DNA of 64,000 bases, from assembly GCA_963733675.1 (NCBI GenBank), contig CAVTET010000015.1:1-64000 (forward strand), in the 5' to 3' direction. The translations under genes were made by a program, and so were the position numbers. Positions 1-11,669 of this stretch are shown here, piece after piece. The number at the start of each line of letters is the position of its first letter. Position 1 is the stretch's first letter. This DNA comes from an uncultured Methanosarcinaceae archaeon (GTDB lineage Archaea; Halobacteriota; Methanosarcinia; Methanosarcinales; Methanosarcinaceae). The notes under the pieces were generated by a model, which was given only the letters and a program-made list of their open reading frames with translations, made no database searches and was not told the DNA's origin.

Positions 1-296
1 TCATGATTTGAAAGGCAAATTGGATAAAGGAGAGAAAATAGTAATTCTTGATGTGAGAGACAAGAAAAAAATGGGATAAAGGACATATAAATGGAGCTAA
101 ACACATCTACGTTGGTTATCTGAAAGATAAACTGGATGAAGTTCCAAAAGATAGGCCTGTAATTGTTTATTGTGGCACTGCTCGGAGTGCTAATTTAGCG
201 GCTTCAATTTTGAAAAAGAATGGCTATGGTAAAGTATACAATGTCCTTGGAGGTATGACCGCATGGAAGAACGCTGGATATGATGTGGTAAAATGA
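1..296 (+). pseudogene. 3' end of a rhodanese-domain protein (probably an MBL-fold/rhodanese fusion), frameshifted
   Basis: Reads ...ILDVRD then, after a frameshift in the A-run at about 62-71, WDKGHINGAKHIYVG...VIVYCGT...VYNVLGGMTAW to TGA at 294-296; these are typical rhodanese motifs. Confidence 0.75.
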
Positions 297-626
297 GCAA
301 AATTTACTTTAGAATGTTTAATTATAGTCTCTAACTCGATGAATTCTACTTTTTATCACTGAATTGGACGTTTCCTTTCATTTTTTGAAAAGGAAAATGA
401 TTTTGATACTCCCCCTGGATTAATATTTGGAAAGATTTTTTTCCAAATAATCTCTTGAGTGCTTAAATCCCAATCTTCGCCTTTTAAGCACATAACTTCA
501 ATTTTTTTAATAGCTGATTTTACTTCTTCCATCTAGATAAGATCAAAAAATTCAGTGGCATTTTTACGATATAAATTCCGATGCTATTATATTTCTTCCA
601 AGAAAATATGTAATGGAGGATTTTAC

Positions 627-1084
627 ATGAGACTCGTCGATTATAAGAAAATAATGATTGCAACCGATGGCTCGGATTGCTCCAAGCTGGCTATTGACAA
701 AGGGATAGAGCTTGCTCGATTAAGTGGGGGAACAGTTTATGCAGTCTATGTGATATGGACAGCCTACTTATCTTCCGAGGGGTGAAATTGGGGATTTGAT
801 ACATAGAGGAATTGAAAAGCCAAGGGCAACAGGCTGTAGATTATATAAAAGATTAGGAGAGGTAAAAGGAATCAACGTAGAATCTGTCCTGCTTGAAGGA
901 AATCCCTCAGACGAGTTTTCTGAACCGGTATGTCGATGAGGAAAAAATGGATATTGTTATTATGGGCACCCTTGGAAAGACAGGATTAGACAGGATACTT
1001 CTGGGTAGTGTTGCAGGAAATCTGGTTCGTCACTCGAAGGTTCCTGTTATGGTTGTGAGGGAAAAGTGTGAGCCACAAGATTGA
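627..1084 (+). pseudogene. Universal stress protein (UspA family), disrupted
   Basis: N-terminal YKKIMIATDGS and C-terminal IMGTLGKTGLDRILLGSVAGNLVRHSKVPVMVVR are separated by stops and frameshifts at about 783-900; GGAGG RBS before ATG 627. Confidence 0.85.
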
Positions 1085-1099
1085 TCTAAAATAAACTGC

Positions 1100-1190
1100 A
1101 GAAGAACTCGGTAAACCCCAAAATTTCGTTCTATGTTTATAAATAATATATAAAATTACTCGTTAAAATCAGAGATTTATTGAAACCTCC
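1100..1190. mobile_element. MITE copy A (about 89 bp, IS5-type terminal inverted repeats)
   Basis: Degenerate TIRs gaagaactcggtaaacccc / agagatttattgaaacctc; the internal sequence aligns by eye with the copies at 22155-22243 and 13888-13984. Confidence 0.65.
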
Positions 1191-1405
1191 ATTATTTCTT
1201 TTTCTTATATTTTCTGTTTATGTTTGTGGTTTAGGTTAATTAGCTTCAGGTATTCCAGTAGTTACATATGCTCTAGGGATCCTATGAGTTCTATGAGCTC
1301 TACAAGTTATTGACCAGCAATTTTTTCTTTTTTCGGATGGAACTTAGGGAATTCAGAATTTTTCGCACAAAAACATCGATCTTAAAATATCATTTTAAAT
1401 ATATA

Positions 1406-1490
1406 GAGGATTTCAATAAACTCCTGATTTCATAAGCCTTGAATAACATATATGAGTACTTGATAAATTAAGGTGTTTATTGAGATCCGT
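1406..1490. mobile_element. MITE copy B
   Basis: TIRs gaggatttcaataaactcc / ggtgtttattgagatccgt spanning about 85 bp. Confidence 0.65.
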
Positions 1491-1744
1491 TTTAAGCCAC
1501 AATATACACTTTTCCCTTATTAATTAAAACTACTCTAAAAATAATAGTTTTGGGATAAAATTATTATTAAAACATCATTAATATCAAAATAATTTTAGAT
1601 TACTCTCCAATACTCAAATGTATAAGGATTTGTCTGAATTTTTGAGAACAAATCTAACAACTAAGAACAATACATAACTAAAAAAATGAGTAAATAATAC
1701 AGGTATATTAAGAAGTATATTTAAATAAGTAAGAAGGGAAGCAT

Positions 1745-2102
1745 TTGATCCAACTGAAAAGAATTTACGAACAATCCTCAGATAAAGATGGATTAAGGGT
1801 ACTAGTGGATAAGCTCTGGCCTAGAGGACTTCAAAAAATGAAGTCCGGCTTGACATCTGGCTAAAGGAAATAGCTCCTGATGAAGAGCTTAGAAAATGGT
1901 TTTCCCATGATCCTGATAAGTGGAAAAGTTGGGGAAACGCTTTATTTAAAGAACTGGAGCAGAAAATGAAGGAGTTGTACAAAAACTTGATTGAAAAAGG
2001 AAAGAAACTCATTTGACTCTGCTCTATGCTGCAAAGAATGAACGTTTCAATAACGCCATAGCTTTAAAGGAGTATATAGAATCTAGATTAAAGAAACTAT
2101 AG
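1745..2102 (+). pseudogene. DUF488/YeaO family protein, frameshifted
   Basis: Fragments [43 protein letters not shown] and TLLYAAKNERFNNAIALKEY lie in different frames. Confidence 0.8.
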
Positions 2103-2286
2103 CTATAAAAGATTAAATTGAACACAAAAACTGTATTTGATGGATAGCTGCAAGACGCGAACAGATTAATCCTGTACTTTTAATCATTTTAGATAATTTC
2201 GATAAACTTTTCCATCGTGATACAATATACCTGCCCGTAGAAAAACTAATAGAACGGGGATACAAATTGATAAATGGAGTGGAAAG

Positions 2287-3229
2287 GTGAAAAAGGATCA
2301 GTTGAAGCAAATTAAAGTTCTCGCTTTCGGAGAGGCTCTTTTTGATATAATTAAAGGTTCAGCTCATCTTGGAGGTGCTCCCCTTAACATTGCAGCCCAC
2401 CTTGCAAAATTGGGAGCAAAACCGACTGTAATAACAGCAATCGGAAAAGATGAGCTCGGTAAAGTTCTCCTTACCAGAACTGAAAAAATGGGAATTGACA
2501 CTTCATACATTTTAGTCGATAAAAAAAGACCAACTGGAACTGTTACTGTCAAATTGGAAGATGAGGGAATTCCTATATTCACTATCAATGAAGAGGTAGC
2601 CTGGGATGCAATCACTCTAGATGAAGAAAAATTTAAGGCGCTTGCAGGAAAGGAATGGGATGCCTTCTATTTCGGAACGCTTGCTCAAAGGTCGGAAAAA
2701 CAGGAAAACACTTAAAAGGCTGCTTTCAGAAATAAAGACAAACAATTTCTTCTACGATGTTAATCTGAGAGTTGGCTTCTACACAAAGAGATGGATATTA
2801 TCTTCTCTTGAACACTGCACGATTCTCAAAATGAATGAAGAAGAAGCTGCGACAATTTCTGACTTTCTTTTTGGCATCGTACACTCCTGTGATGCTCTCT
2901 GTCGCCTACTTACAGAAGAGTACCCTAAAATATCCTTAATTTGCATAACACAGGGACCTAAAGGAGCTGTAGCTTACAATAAGGGCGTCTACGAGGAAAT
3001 CAAAATCACTCCAATAGAAGTAGCGGATACAGTCGGAGCAGGTGATGCTTTTTCCGCAGGTTTCCTTTATACATATCTTTCAGGATACGGAGTTTCAAAA
3101 GCCACTTTAATTGCCAGTATTCTCGGAACCTACGTCGCATCAAAGACTGGTTCTGTGCCTGAATATTCCGAAAAACTCATAAAAGAATTAGAACTATTCT
3201 TTATGAAGGAATTAGAACTTATTTTATGA
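2287..3229 (+). pseudogene. PfkB-family carbohydrate kinase (fructokinase-like), split by one frameshift near 2700
   Basis: ORF 2287-2715 has FGEALFD and GGAPLNIA; ORF 2621-3229 has DVNLR and the DTVGAGDAF signature. Confidence 0.85.
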
Positions 3230-3369
3230 AGGCCTTATCGCAAAGTTAATATTAAGACAAACTCTAAAAAAATGAGAAAAATAATATTCAGATAAGCTCT
3301 TAGAGGAAAGGAAGAGCAAACCTTCTGAATTATCCAACGTAAATCAGTAGTTATTTTTCCGCTTTTTAA

Positions 3370-5781
3370 TTACCTGCCCAGTTTATTTTCCGTCTCCAGG
3401 ACTTTAAGGGTGATTTTCATAACCGAATCTGGATTTAGTGAAATGGAATCGATCCCCAGTTTTATAAGAAACTCCGCAATTTCAGGATAGTCACTTGGAG
3501 CCTGTCCGCATATCCCGCTATGCCTTCCATTTCTTTTTGCTCCCTGTACAGCCATTGCCATTATTTTCATAACCCCAGGATCCCGTTCATCGAATTCTGC
3601 GGCAAGAAGTTCGGAGTCTCTATCAACGCCGAGGGTCAGTTGGGTCAGGTCATTTGAGCCTATGGAAAAACCATCAAAGAATTCGCTTAATTCGTCGATA
3701 AGAAGAACGTTATTTGGAATTTCGCACATAACATAGACTTGTAGCCCATTTTCTCCTCTCTTTAGTCCGTTTTTTTCCATCTCAGCAATCACTTTCTGTG
3801 CCTCTTCAATTGTCCTACAGAAGGGAATCATAAGAATGAGATTTCGAAGCCCCATTTCATCCCGGACCTTTTTCATAGCCCTGCACTCAAGGGCAAAACC
3901 TTCCCTATAACGATCATCAAAATAACGAGAAGCCCCCCTGAAACCTATCATGGGATTATTTTCCACCATTTCAAAATAGATGCCTCCAAGAAGGCTGGCA
4001 TACTCGTTAGTTTTGAAATCGCTCATACGGACTACAACAGGTTTCGGATAAAAAGCCGCAACAATAGTTCCAACTCCTTGGGCAAGACGTTCAACAAAAT
4101 ATTCCTCTTTATCATAACCTCTTGTAAGTTGTTCGATTTCCCGAAGGACTTTAGGGTCTTTGACCCTTTCAGGGTGTACGAGAGCCATTGGATGGATTTT
4201 GATATAGCTTGTAATGATGAATTCTAGCCTCGCAAGCCCAATTCCGTCGTTGGGGATCATGGAAAAAGCAAAAGCTTCCTCAGGATTTCCAAGATTCATC
4301 ATAATCTCGGTTTTTGGGCGTTTAAGATCTTTTAAACTCAGAGTATCTTTATGGAAAGGAAGAATACCATCGTATACAATACCGTCCTCTCCTTCCGCGC
4401 AGCTTACTGTAATTTCCCTGCCTGTATCGAGCACCTCGGTTGCATTGCCTGCTCCTACGACTGCGGGAATTCCAAGTTCCCGGCTTACAATAGCAGCATG
4501 ACAAGTCCGGCCTCCTTTGTTTGTGACAATTGCAGCTGCAGTTTTCATGACAGGCTCCCAATCTGGAGTCGTTGTGTCCGCAATCAGGATTTCTCCTGGT
4601 TTAAAAGAGGGCAGATCCGAAACATCAGGAATCACACGAGCCTTTCCGGAAGCAATTTTGTCTCCTACACTCCTGCCTTTTGCAAGAATTCCAGATCTTT
4701 TTTCAAGTACATAGGTTTCCAGAATTTCTTTGCTTTTCTGAGATTGGACAGTTTCTGGCCTTGCCTGGACTATGAATAGTTCCCCTGTTATGCCATCCTT
4801 TGCCCATTCGATGTCCATTGGACGTGGTTCTCCATATTTATTGGAGTAGTGACCTTCGATAGTAATCGCATATCCTGTAAGTTCAAGCACTTCTTCGTCA
4901 TCAATACAGAAGCGGAGCTTCTCAGCTTCAGGAACTTCTACGTTTCGAGTGAGCACTTTGGAGTCTCCGCGACCGTAGATCATCTTGATCTCTTTGTTTC
5001 CCACCTTTTTTTGAATAATCGGCTGATATCCTTCCTTGAAAGTCGGCTTGAAGACATAGAACTCATCTGGATTAACCTGGCCCTGTACGATATTTTCTCC
5101 AAGTCCGTATGCACCTGTAATGAAAACCACTTCCCTGAATCCTGTTTCCGTATCCAGAGTGAAAATAACGCCGCTTGAGGCTAGATCTGACCTGACCATT
5201 TTCATAATCCCTATCGAGAGTCCTACTTTGAAATGATCATAGTTGTTTGTTACGCGGTAGGAAATAGCTCTGTCAGTGAAGAGTGAGGCAAAACAACGTG
5301 AGCAGGCATCCCTAAGACCTGGATAACCCCTTATATTTAGGTAAGTTTCCTGTTGGCCAGCAAAAGAAGCAGTTGGGAGATCCTCAGCAGTTGCCGAACT
5401 CCGTACAGCTACATCCGTATCGTCCCCATACTGCTCACATAAGCTATCATATCCAGTTTTGATTTCTTCCCAAAGATCGTCAGGAATTCCTGCCCCAAGG
5501 ATCAGGTCTCTAGCGATCTTCCCCCTTTTGGATAGGTCAGCGACGTTAGCAATATCAAGACCTTTCATTGCTTTTTTGAGCTTTTCTAGAATTCCCCCAG
5601 CTTTGAGGGTGTGCCAGTAAGCTTCAGCAGTTACCGAGAAGCCGTTTGGGATTTTAACCCCCTTCGAAGTAAGCTCCCTGTACATTTCTCCAAGAGAAGC
5701 ATTCTTTCCACCCACAAGCGGAACATCATCAATCGTAGTCTCTTCAAACCAGCGGATATACTTGCTTTTATTATCAGACAT
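3370..5781 (-). CDS. ppsA: Phosphoenolpyruvate synthase
   Basis: Intact ORF with VGGKNASLGEM, AVRSSATAED, GGRTCHAAIVSRE (phospho-His) and FSIGSNDLTQ; start placed at ATG 5781 after a GGGGG/GGAG RBS. Confidence 0.97.
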   Translation of the reverse strand: MSDNKSKYIRWFEETTIDDVPLVGGKNASLGEMYRELTSKGVKIPNGFSVTAEAYWHTLKAGGILEKLKKAMKGLDIANVADLSKRGKIARDLILGAGIPDDLWEEIKTGYDSLCEQYGDDTDVAVRSSATAEDLPTASFAGQQETYLNIRGYPGLRDACSRCFASLFTDRAISYRVTNNYDHFKVGLSIGIMKMVRSDLASSGVIFTLDTETGFREVVFITGAYGLGENIVQGQVNPDEFYVFKPTFKEGYQPIIQKKVGNKEIKMIYGRGDSKVLTRNVEVPEAEKLRFCIDDEEVLELTGYAITIEGHYSNKYGEPRPMDIEWAKDGITGELFIVQARPETVQSQKSKEILETYVLEKRSGILAKGRSVGDKIASGKARVIPDVSDLPSFKPGEILIADTTTPDWEPVMKTAAAIVTNKGGRTCHAAIVSRELGIPAVVGAGNATEVLDTGREITVSCAEGEDGIVYDGILPFHKDTLSLKDLKRPKTEIMMNLGNPEEAFAFSMIPNDGIGLARLEFIITSYIKIHPMALVHPERVKDPKVLREIEQLTRGYDKEEYFVERLAQGVGTIVAAFYPKPVVVRMSDFKTNEYASLLGGIYFEMVENNPMIGFRGASRYFDDRYREGFALECRAMKKVRDEMGLRNLILMIPFCRTIEEAQKVIAEMEKNGLKRGENGLQVYVMCEIPNNVLLIDELSEFFDGFSIGSNDLTQLTLGVDRDSELLAAEFDERDPGVMKIMAMAVQGAKRNGRHSGICGQAPSDYPEIAEFLIKLGIDSISLNPDSVMKITLKVLETENKLGR

Positions 5782-6599
5782 TCTCCATGAATCCCCCTTA
5801 AAATTAATTATATACGAAATAAACGATAACATATACATTTAAGATTTCATACATTAGTTTAGAAATTCTCCAAATCAGTACAGGATATTCTTGAGTGAAA
5901 AAGCTCCACTTGCAATTTATGCATCGATGACAGAAATGAGTTTCCTCTATCCACGTTATTTCAGTTTGGTGGTTATGGATAATTATTCTCGTTCAGATGC
6001 AGTTTGTCTCATAGTTTACAAAAAAACCTCCAATTTCCTCTATTACCTTTTCGCTTGCAATAACTAACACTCTGTTTCCAACAAATCCTGAACGAGTTCT
6101 ATTTTCGGTCATATTTTCTGCGCTATCTAAAGCAAATCATGAGTTTAGTTACCTTCACCTCAGCCATAGTTGCGAAATCTGTATAGTACCTCAAAGGCCA
6201 GGAACTAACTTAAACAGTTCATCGTCGACGCCACTGTGAAGCATGCATAGAATGATCCCTGGAATCTTCCAGTAATTTATCGATATCTTTGTCGATGCTT
6301 AACGTTCAGAGATTTAATGTTCTCAATGCAAAAAAAATAGGTTTATTGAAATTCTCTCTTTTAAATTAGGACTTTTATCTGAATCTCAAATTCCGTATAA
6401 AATTTGTTCTGGAAAGAATTCCTACAAGCGAGCCCTTATATCAATAACCATAGATCTCTAAATATTTTCAGAGAAAATCAGTTTCAGGGTTCACTAGATA
6501 GCGCATTGGAAGAAAGAGTATGACATATTTTGTCATATATCCAAAAACATATATGCACAATGCTCAGAATAGGGAATACACTAGACAAATTTCGAGTTA

Positions 6600-6985
6600 T
6601 TCCCCTCAAATATAGGGTACCCAGTGTGCTTTTTCTCAAACATAAACCGGATCAAATCTTTCAGGCTCATGGAAAGACTAACAGCGATAACATCTTTTTT
6701 CATGATAACCTTGACCGAATATTTTTGGGAGCTATCTCGACCTTAGTGGATCGTTCCTCTTAAGATGCTCCACATAAATAAAGTGATCAATTAGAGTAAA
6801 AAAGAGATTTCCAACAAGAATTCCAAAAATTGCCATGAGAAAAGCAAAAAATTTTCTGACAGAAACTGCACTCTAAGTAGCTTTTACATAGAAAATTTTC
6901 CTGGCGTAAAAAGAACGAAGCACCCTGCTCCCCATCATAGGAAATACAGGCATCAAGTTAAAGATCCTGCGCACTATATTCCTAT
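6600..6985 (-). pseudogene. Internal fragment of an M50 (site-2) metalloprotease with CBS domain
   Basis: Minus strand reads FNLMPVFP/DGSRVLRSFYAR...AFLMAIFGIL...IMKKDVIAVS...FMFEKKHTGYP with frameshifts; NxxPxxPxDG-like motif followed by a CBS repeat. Confidence 0.7.
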
Positions 6986-7632
6986 ATCAAAAAATCCATA
7001 GTATAAAAATTAATCTAATTTTCAATTAATAATAGTGGGAAGATAGGCAAATAAATATATAAATATGTGTACATTTGCGGAATGTTGGATGAGCTTCTAA
7101 CGGAAATGAAAAAGTAAACTAACAAATGCAAAAATCAAGTTCAAGAATTAGATCTTGAGCAAATTAAAGTATTTGAAGTAAGGTTCAATTTTGTTGTCAT
7201 GAAAGGCGTTGAAGAAAATTCATCTTTTCCAAACCTCCAAAGCAAGGAGAAAACTGTGCAAATTCCAAACAACTATTATTATGCTTACTACAAAAAATAA
7301 CATGGAAGAAATCCAACCCTAATTCAATTTGCAGAATCGTTTATCCAAGGAGTCCGAAATACGAAGCAAAGGCGTAGATTTGGAACTGACCCCTGGGATA
7401 CTAAATATTCAACAGTTAAGCATTCATAATACCTACAAGGGGAAATATGAGGAAGGATACATATATAATTATGATTTTTTTTCCCCATTAATGGGGGACC
7501 CTATCGTCAATGCTAGGTAAATTGGATGAACCAATGTATATATAATTCATTAAGGAACTCTGAAAGCAAGATGATTCAAAGAGCGAGAAAAATGCAAGTT
7601 TAACTGAGTAACTAAAAAAAGGAAGGTCACAA

Positions 7633-7980
7633 ATGAAGGGAATCAATCACGATAGGCTATCTATCTTCGTCCTTTGCCTTCTTATCCCTACTTTTCGTTA
7701 TCTTCATATTTCAATTTATGAACTCACACAGGTTTTCCTGTTTTGGATAATAGGCACGCTATATTTGTCTCCGGATTTAGATGCCAGATACTCCCAATCT
7801 AAATTAAGAATTGGACCTTTTAGATATTTATTCATTTTCACAAAACATAGAGGTTTTATGCACAACCCGATTTTCTGGATATTTATTTGTGCGATAATGG
7901 GATACTTTGGATATTTGGGTGCAGGACTTGGAATTTTAGGGTCAGGATTGGTTCATATTATATCTGACTATGTGTTTTAA
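7633..7980 (+). CDS. Putative metal-binding membrane protein (DUF2227-like)
   Basis: N-terminal HD, LSPDLD, HRGFMH and terminal HIISD motifs; hydrophobic segments; GGAAGG RBS. Confidence 0.6.
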   Translation: MKGINHDRLSIFVLCLLIPTFRYLHISIYELTQVFLFWIIGTLYLSPDLDARYSQSKLRIGPFRYLFIFTKHRGFMHNPIFWIFICAIMGYFGYLGAGLGILGSGLVHIISDYVF

Positions 7981-8005
7981 TTGGAACAGTAAATTGCCAC
8001 TTTTC

Positions 8006-8086
8006 TTATATTTTCCCCATCAGGAAGAAGCATCGAGCCATTAAAGTAATCAATGCCTTGAATTCATCATCTATAATCAGATCCAT
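8006..8086 (-). pseudogene. N-terminal stub resembling viral ParB-like proteins
   Basis: MDLIIDDEFKALI after a GGGGGA RBS, then similarity is lost and a stop follows after 26 aa. Confidence 0.35.
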
Positions 8087-8914
8087 CAACAGTCCCCCCA
8101 GTAACTTCATAAAATTGATTTTGGCGATACATTGCTATTTTTTCAATTTGGTTATAAAATTTCATGTTAATGAACCCGTTTTACTTTTGTTTGATTTTTA
8201 GTCCATAATGGGAATAGTCCTCATAAAATATAATTATTTTTATATTTTTAAGATGACTCAAAATCTGAAATGTGAGTTAACTGGAAACCTCAATCTTATT
8301 CACATGTCGGGACTTTTAAAATTGTAAGGCTCTTTCTCAATTAAAAATCGATATTAGAAGGATTTAGTTGATTTTACCTATGTGTTTCTTATCATTTTTC
8401 CTTTTCGACTAGTAAGTAATCTGTCAAATACTCTATTAAACTCTGGAACGTTCGAGTTTTGAAACATATAGACAGAAAAAATAAAAATTATTAAAACTAT
8501 TAGTACTTATGCATATGAGGTATAAAATTAAGGCTAAAGGGACCAAATGGAATCGTTTATAATGATTAAGCTACTGCTTTTTACTTGACTTTAAAAGGTA
8601 TATTTGATGATTGAAGAAAAGTGCACAACTCTAAAAAAAATCTGAAAAAATCTCCAATTGGCATATAATATTTTGATGATATAACTATGTAAGCTGCCAA
8701 AGGGTCGCAAGACATTTGTATATGGAAAAGTGATTGCCAATAATGAGAGTAAACTAATAACCGCAACGTATACGCCGGAAAAAATTGATAAACCAGTATC
8801 ATCCTTGGACGAAGACATAAAATAGATAATCTAATTCGAAGCGTAAGAATTCTGGAAAAGCATCATAAATCCTAAAGAAACCTCAAAATAAACTGAAAGC
8901 CGGTGGAAAAAAGC

Positions 8915-10887
8915 ATGACAAGACACATAGTCCTAGGCAATCAGTCCTTCCTCATAAATATAGACAGATTGTTCCCGGTAAGGGATATATATTACCCCCA
9001 CGTAGGCCAGGAAAATCACCTTATGGGGCATGCCCAACGGATAGGAATCTTTACTGACGGCAGGCTTTCTTGGGTCAATGAGGAAAGCTGGGAAAAGAAT
9101 CTTGCTTATAAAAACGATACCTTCGTCACCGAAAACCGAGCCGTAAACAGGGAGAAGAATATCGAACTCCTTCTGGAGGAGAACGTCTACCGCGAAGCCA
9201 ATATCTTTATCCGGAAAATAACTGTGAAAAACCTGCAGGAAAGGTCAAGGGAAGTCCGGCTTTTCTTTAATAACGATTTTCACTTGTACGGAGATGGAAT
9301 AGGGGACACCGCAGTGTACCAGATGGACCACAATGTCATAGTGCATTACAAAAGGTCCAGATATTTCCTGGTTGGTGTCCTCAAATCGAACATAACAGAG
9401 GATATCGTCACAGATATCGACGACTACGCCATAGGCCAGGCTGAAAATAGGGGCTTTCGAGGTACCTATGTGGACGCCGAAGACGGTGTTCTGTCAAAAA
9501 ACCCCATCGCTCAGGCTTCAGTAGACTCAACGGTGGGAGTAAGCCTGCAGATTCCAGGAAATTCCTCAAAGGTTGTGTACTATTACATGACCGCCGGAAA
9601 AGACTTTCAGGAAGTCTATCCCCTCAATAACCTGATCATGGACGAAGGCCCAGAAAGTCTTCTGGAGCGTACTGAGGAGTGCCAGATATCCTGGGTAAAC
9701 CAGGCAAGCACTGATCTTCGGGCCTTGGGCCCAGGCTTATAGCTCTCTATAAGCGCTCCCTCCTGATAATAAAGACCCAGACAGATGCAGGTGGAGCCAT
9801 AATAGCTGCAAATGACTCTGATACCCTGCAGTTTAACCGGGACACCTACAGTTATATGTGGCCCAGAGATGGAGCTCTTGTTTCGATTGCCATGATAAAA
9901 GCAGGCTTTCCAGAGTTCACAAAACCCTTTTTCAGGTTATGTAAAGATGTGCTTTGGTGGGCTGGATGCCTGTTGCACAAGTATAACCCCGACGGGATTC
10001 TGGGAAGCAGCTGGCACCCCTGGATAGATTATGGACAGCCACCCCTTCCGATTCAGGAAGATGAGACGTCTCTCGTCATCCATGCCCTGTGGAAATATTA
10101 CGAGGCTACCGGAGGACCTTGAGTTTGTAAAAGAACTCTATGAGCCCCTGGTAAAGAAAGCCATTTTTTCTTAGACGGCTACAATTACCCTAACGACATC
10201 CCGGTAGAGAGCTACGACCTGTGGGAAGAACGGAGAGGCATCTTTACTTTCATGGTCTCTGCGGTTTACAGAGGGTTTCTCTCAGGAGAAGAACTCGGCC
10301 GCCTTTTAAATGATGAGGAAATCTGCAGAATCTGTCAGATCCGTTATTCCAAGCTCAAGCAGGTGATCATAAACGAGCTTTATGACATCGAAAGAAACAT
10401 TTTTCTCCGTGGCATCAGATACGAAGACCACGACACAAACTGGAAAATAATAGACAGTACTGCTGACAGCAGTGTTTACTGGATCTTTGAGTTCGACCTG
10501 TTGCCCGCAGATGATCCCCGTGTAGTCAGGACAATTCAGAACCTGGAGGAAAAACTTTGGGTCCCTGGAAAGAGGGGAATGGCAAGATATGAAACTGACC
10601 CCTACCACAGGAAGACAGACCTGGTCACAGGTAACCCCTGGCTCATATGCACCCTTTGGCTTGCAAAGTGGTATGTCGCAAAAGCAAAAGAAAACAGGGA
10701 TCTAGAAAAAGCCCTCGAGCTGATCAACTGGGTTGCAGACTGCTCCCTTGAGACCGGGATTATGCCTGAACAGATACATCCCTTCACAGAAGAGTCACTC
10801 TCTGTAGCCCCTCTGACCTGGAGCCATGCAGAATTTGTGGATACAATTACGCGCTACCAGGAAAAGAAAGCGCAACTGAAGGTTTAA
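8915..10887 (+). pseudogene. Glycoside hydrolase family 15 (glucoamylase/trehalase-like), split into three ORFs
   Basis: Motifs GAIIAAND, Y.WPRDG, QEDET, YDLWEER, PEQ and PLTWSHA; frameshifts near 9740 and 10120-10165. Confidence 0.9.
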
Positions 10888-11011
10888 AAGTTAAATAAAA
10901 ATAATTAAGTTAATTTTAAGACGAATCCAAGTTATATTAATGAATAAATTAGGACTTGAATAAGAATGAAATTGGGAAGAGAAACAGAAGACAAACGGGA
11001 GGTGAGCAAAC

Positions 11012-11125
11012 TTGCCGGAGAAAGAAACAGTAGAAAGAAAGAAGTTCTCATGTCCTGTGTGCCAGATGACTTTTGCAACAAAAGAAGAGTATGAAAAGCA
11101 TAAGATAGAAAAACATAACAGATGA
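11012..11125 (+). CDS. Small C2H2 zinc-finger protein (37 aa)
   Basis: TTG start after a GGGAGGTGA RBS; MPEKETVERKKFSCPVCQMTFATKEEYEKHKIEKHNR fits F-x-C-x2-C-x3-F-x8-H-x4-H. Confidence 0.75.
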   Translation: MPEKETVERKKFSCPVCQMTFATKEEYEKHKIEKHNR

Positions 11126-11522
11126 AATGATAAGTTGCAGATTTAGAATACAGTTAAACGGAAAAAGGTGTTTGAGAAAGGAACTTGGAATAATAGGGAT
11201 TTGTAAAATATGGGGAAATATTGCCCTTTAATGCAAGTAAAAGGAGATAATAGTCATCAGAAAAGCAACGATATCAAAACTCTATATCATCGTTTCTTTG
11301 TAAAATAAGTTTGTTTGACAACAAGCCATTAGTTGGGAATGTGATTTGATTTAAGGAAATCTATTGAGTACACTCCGATTCCCAAAATCAATAAGTAAGA
11401 CCCGAGGCATACTCCATACTTTAAGGTGGGGTGGCCACATTCAATTTGCTTTAACACCGTTAATAAGAAAGTTTCCATCTCCGTAGCATGGTGCAGGATA
11501 TTCGACTAAAAGGAACAGTTAA

Positions 11523-11611
11523 GAGGATTTTGATAAATCCCATTTTTATGGTTGATTTTTTATAACTGATTTATAAGTAATTTGTGAACTTAGAGGTTTA
11601 TCGAAATTCTC
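11523..11611. mobile_element. MITE copy C with TTAA target-site duplication
   Basis: TIRs gaggattttgataaatccc / gaggtttatcgaaattctc; TTAA on both flanks (11519-11522 and 11612-11615). Confidence 0.75.
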
Positions 11612-11669
11612 TTAAGCTTCTTTAAATAAACGACCATAAAATTTTAAAAGAAACAAAAATTCGGCTTTT

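Noticed and set aside
4214-5178. Antisense ORFs inside ppsA (similarly in purL, lysA and the bio genes)
   Set aside because: Shadow ORFs opposite well-conserved genes, with no recognisable motifs
5880-6330. Probable gene relic upstream of ppsA (similar relics at 13297-13850, 35400-35850, 56348-57040 and 61830-62220)
   Set aside because: Looks like decayed coding sequence, but I could not assign a family by eye
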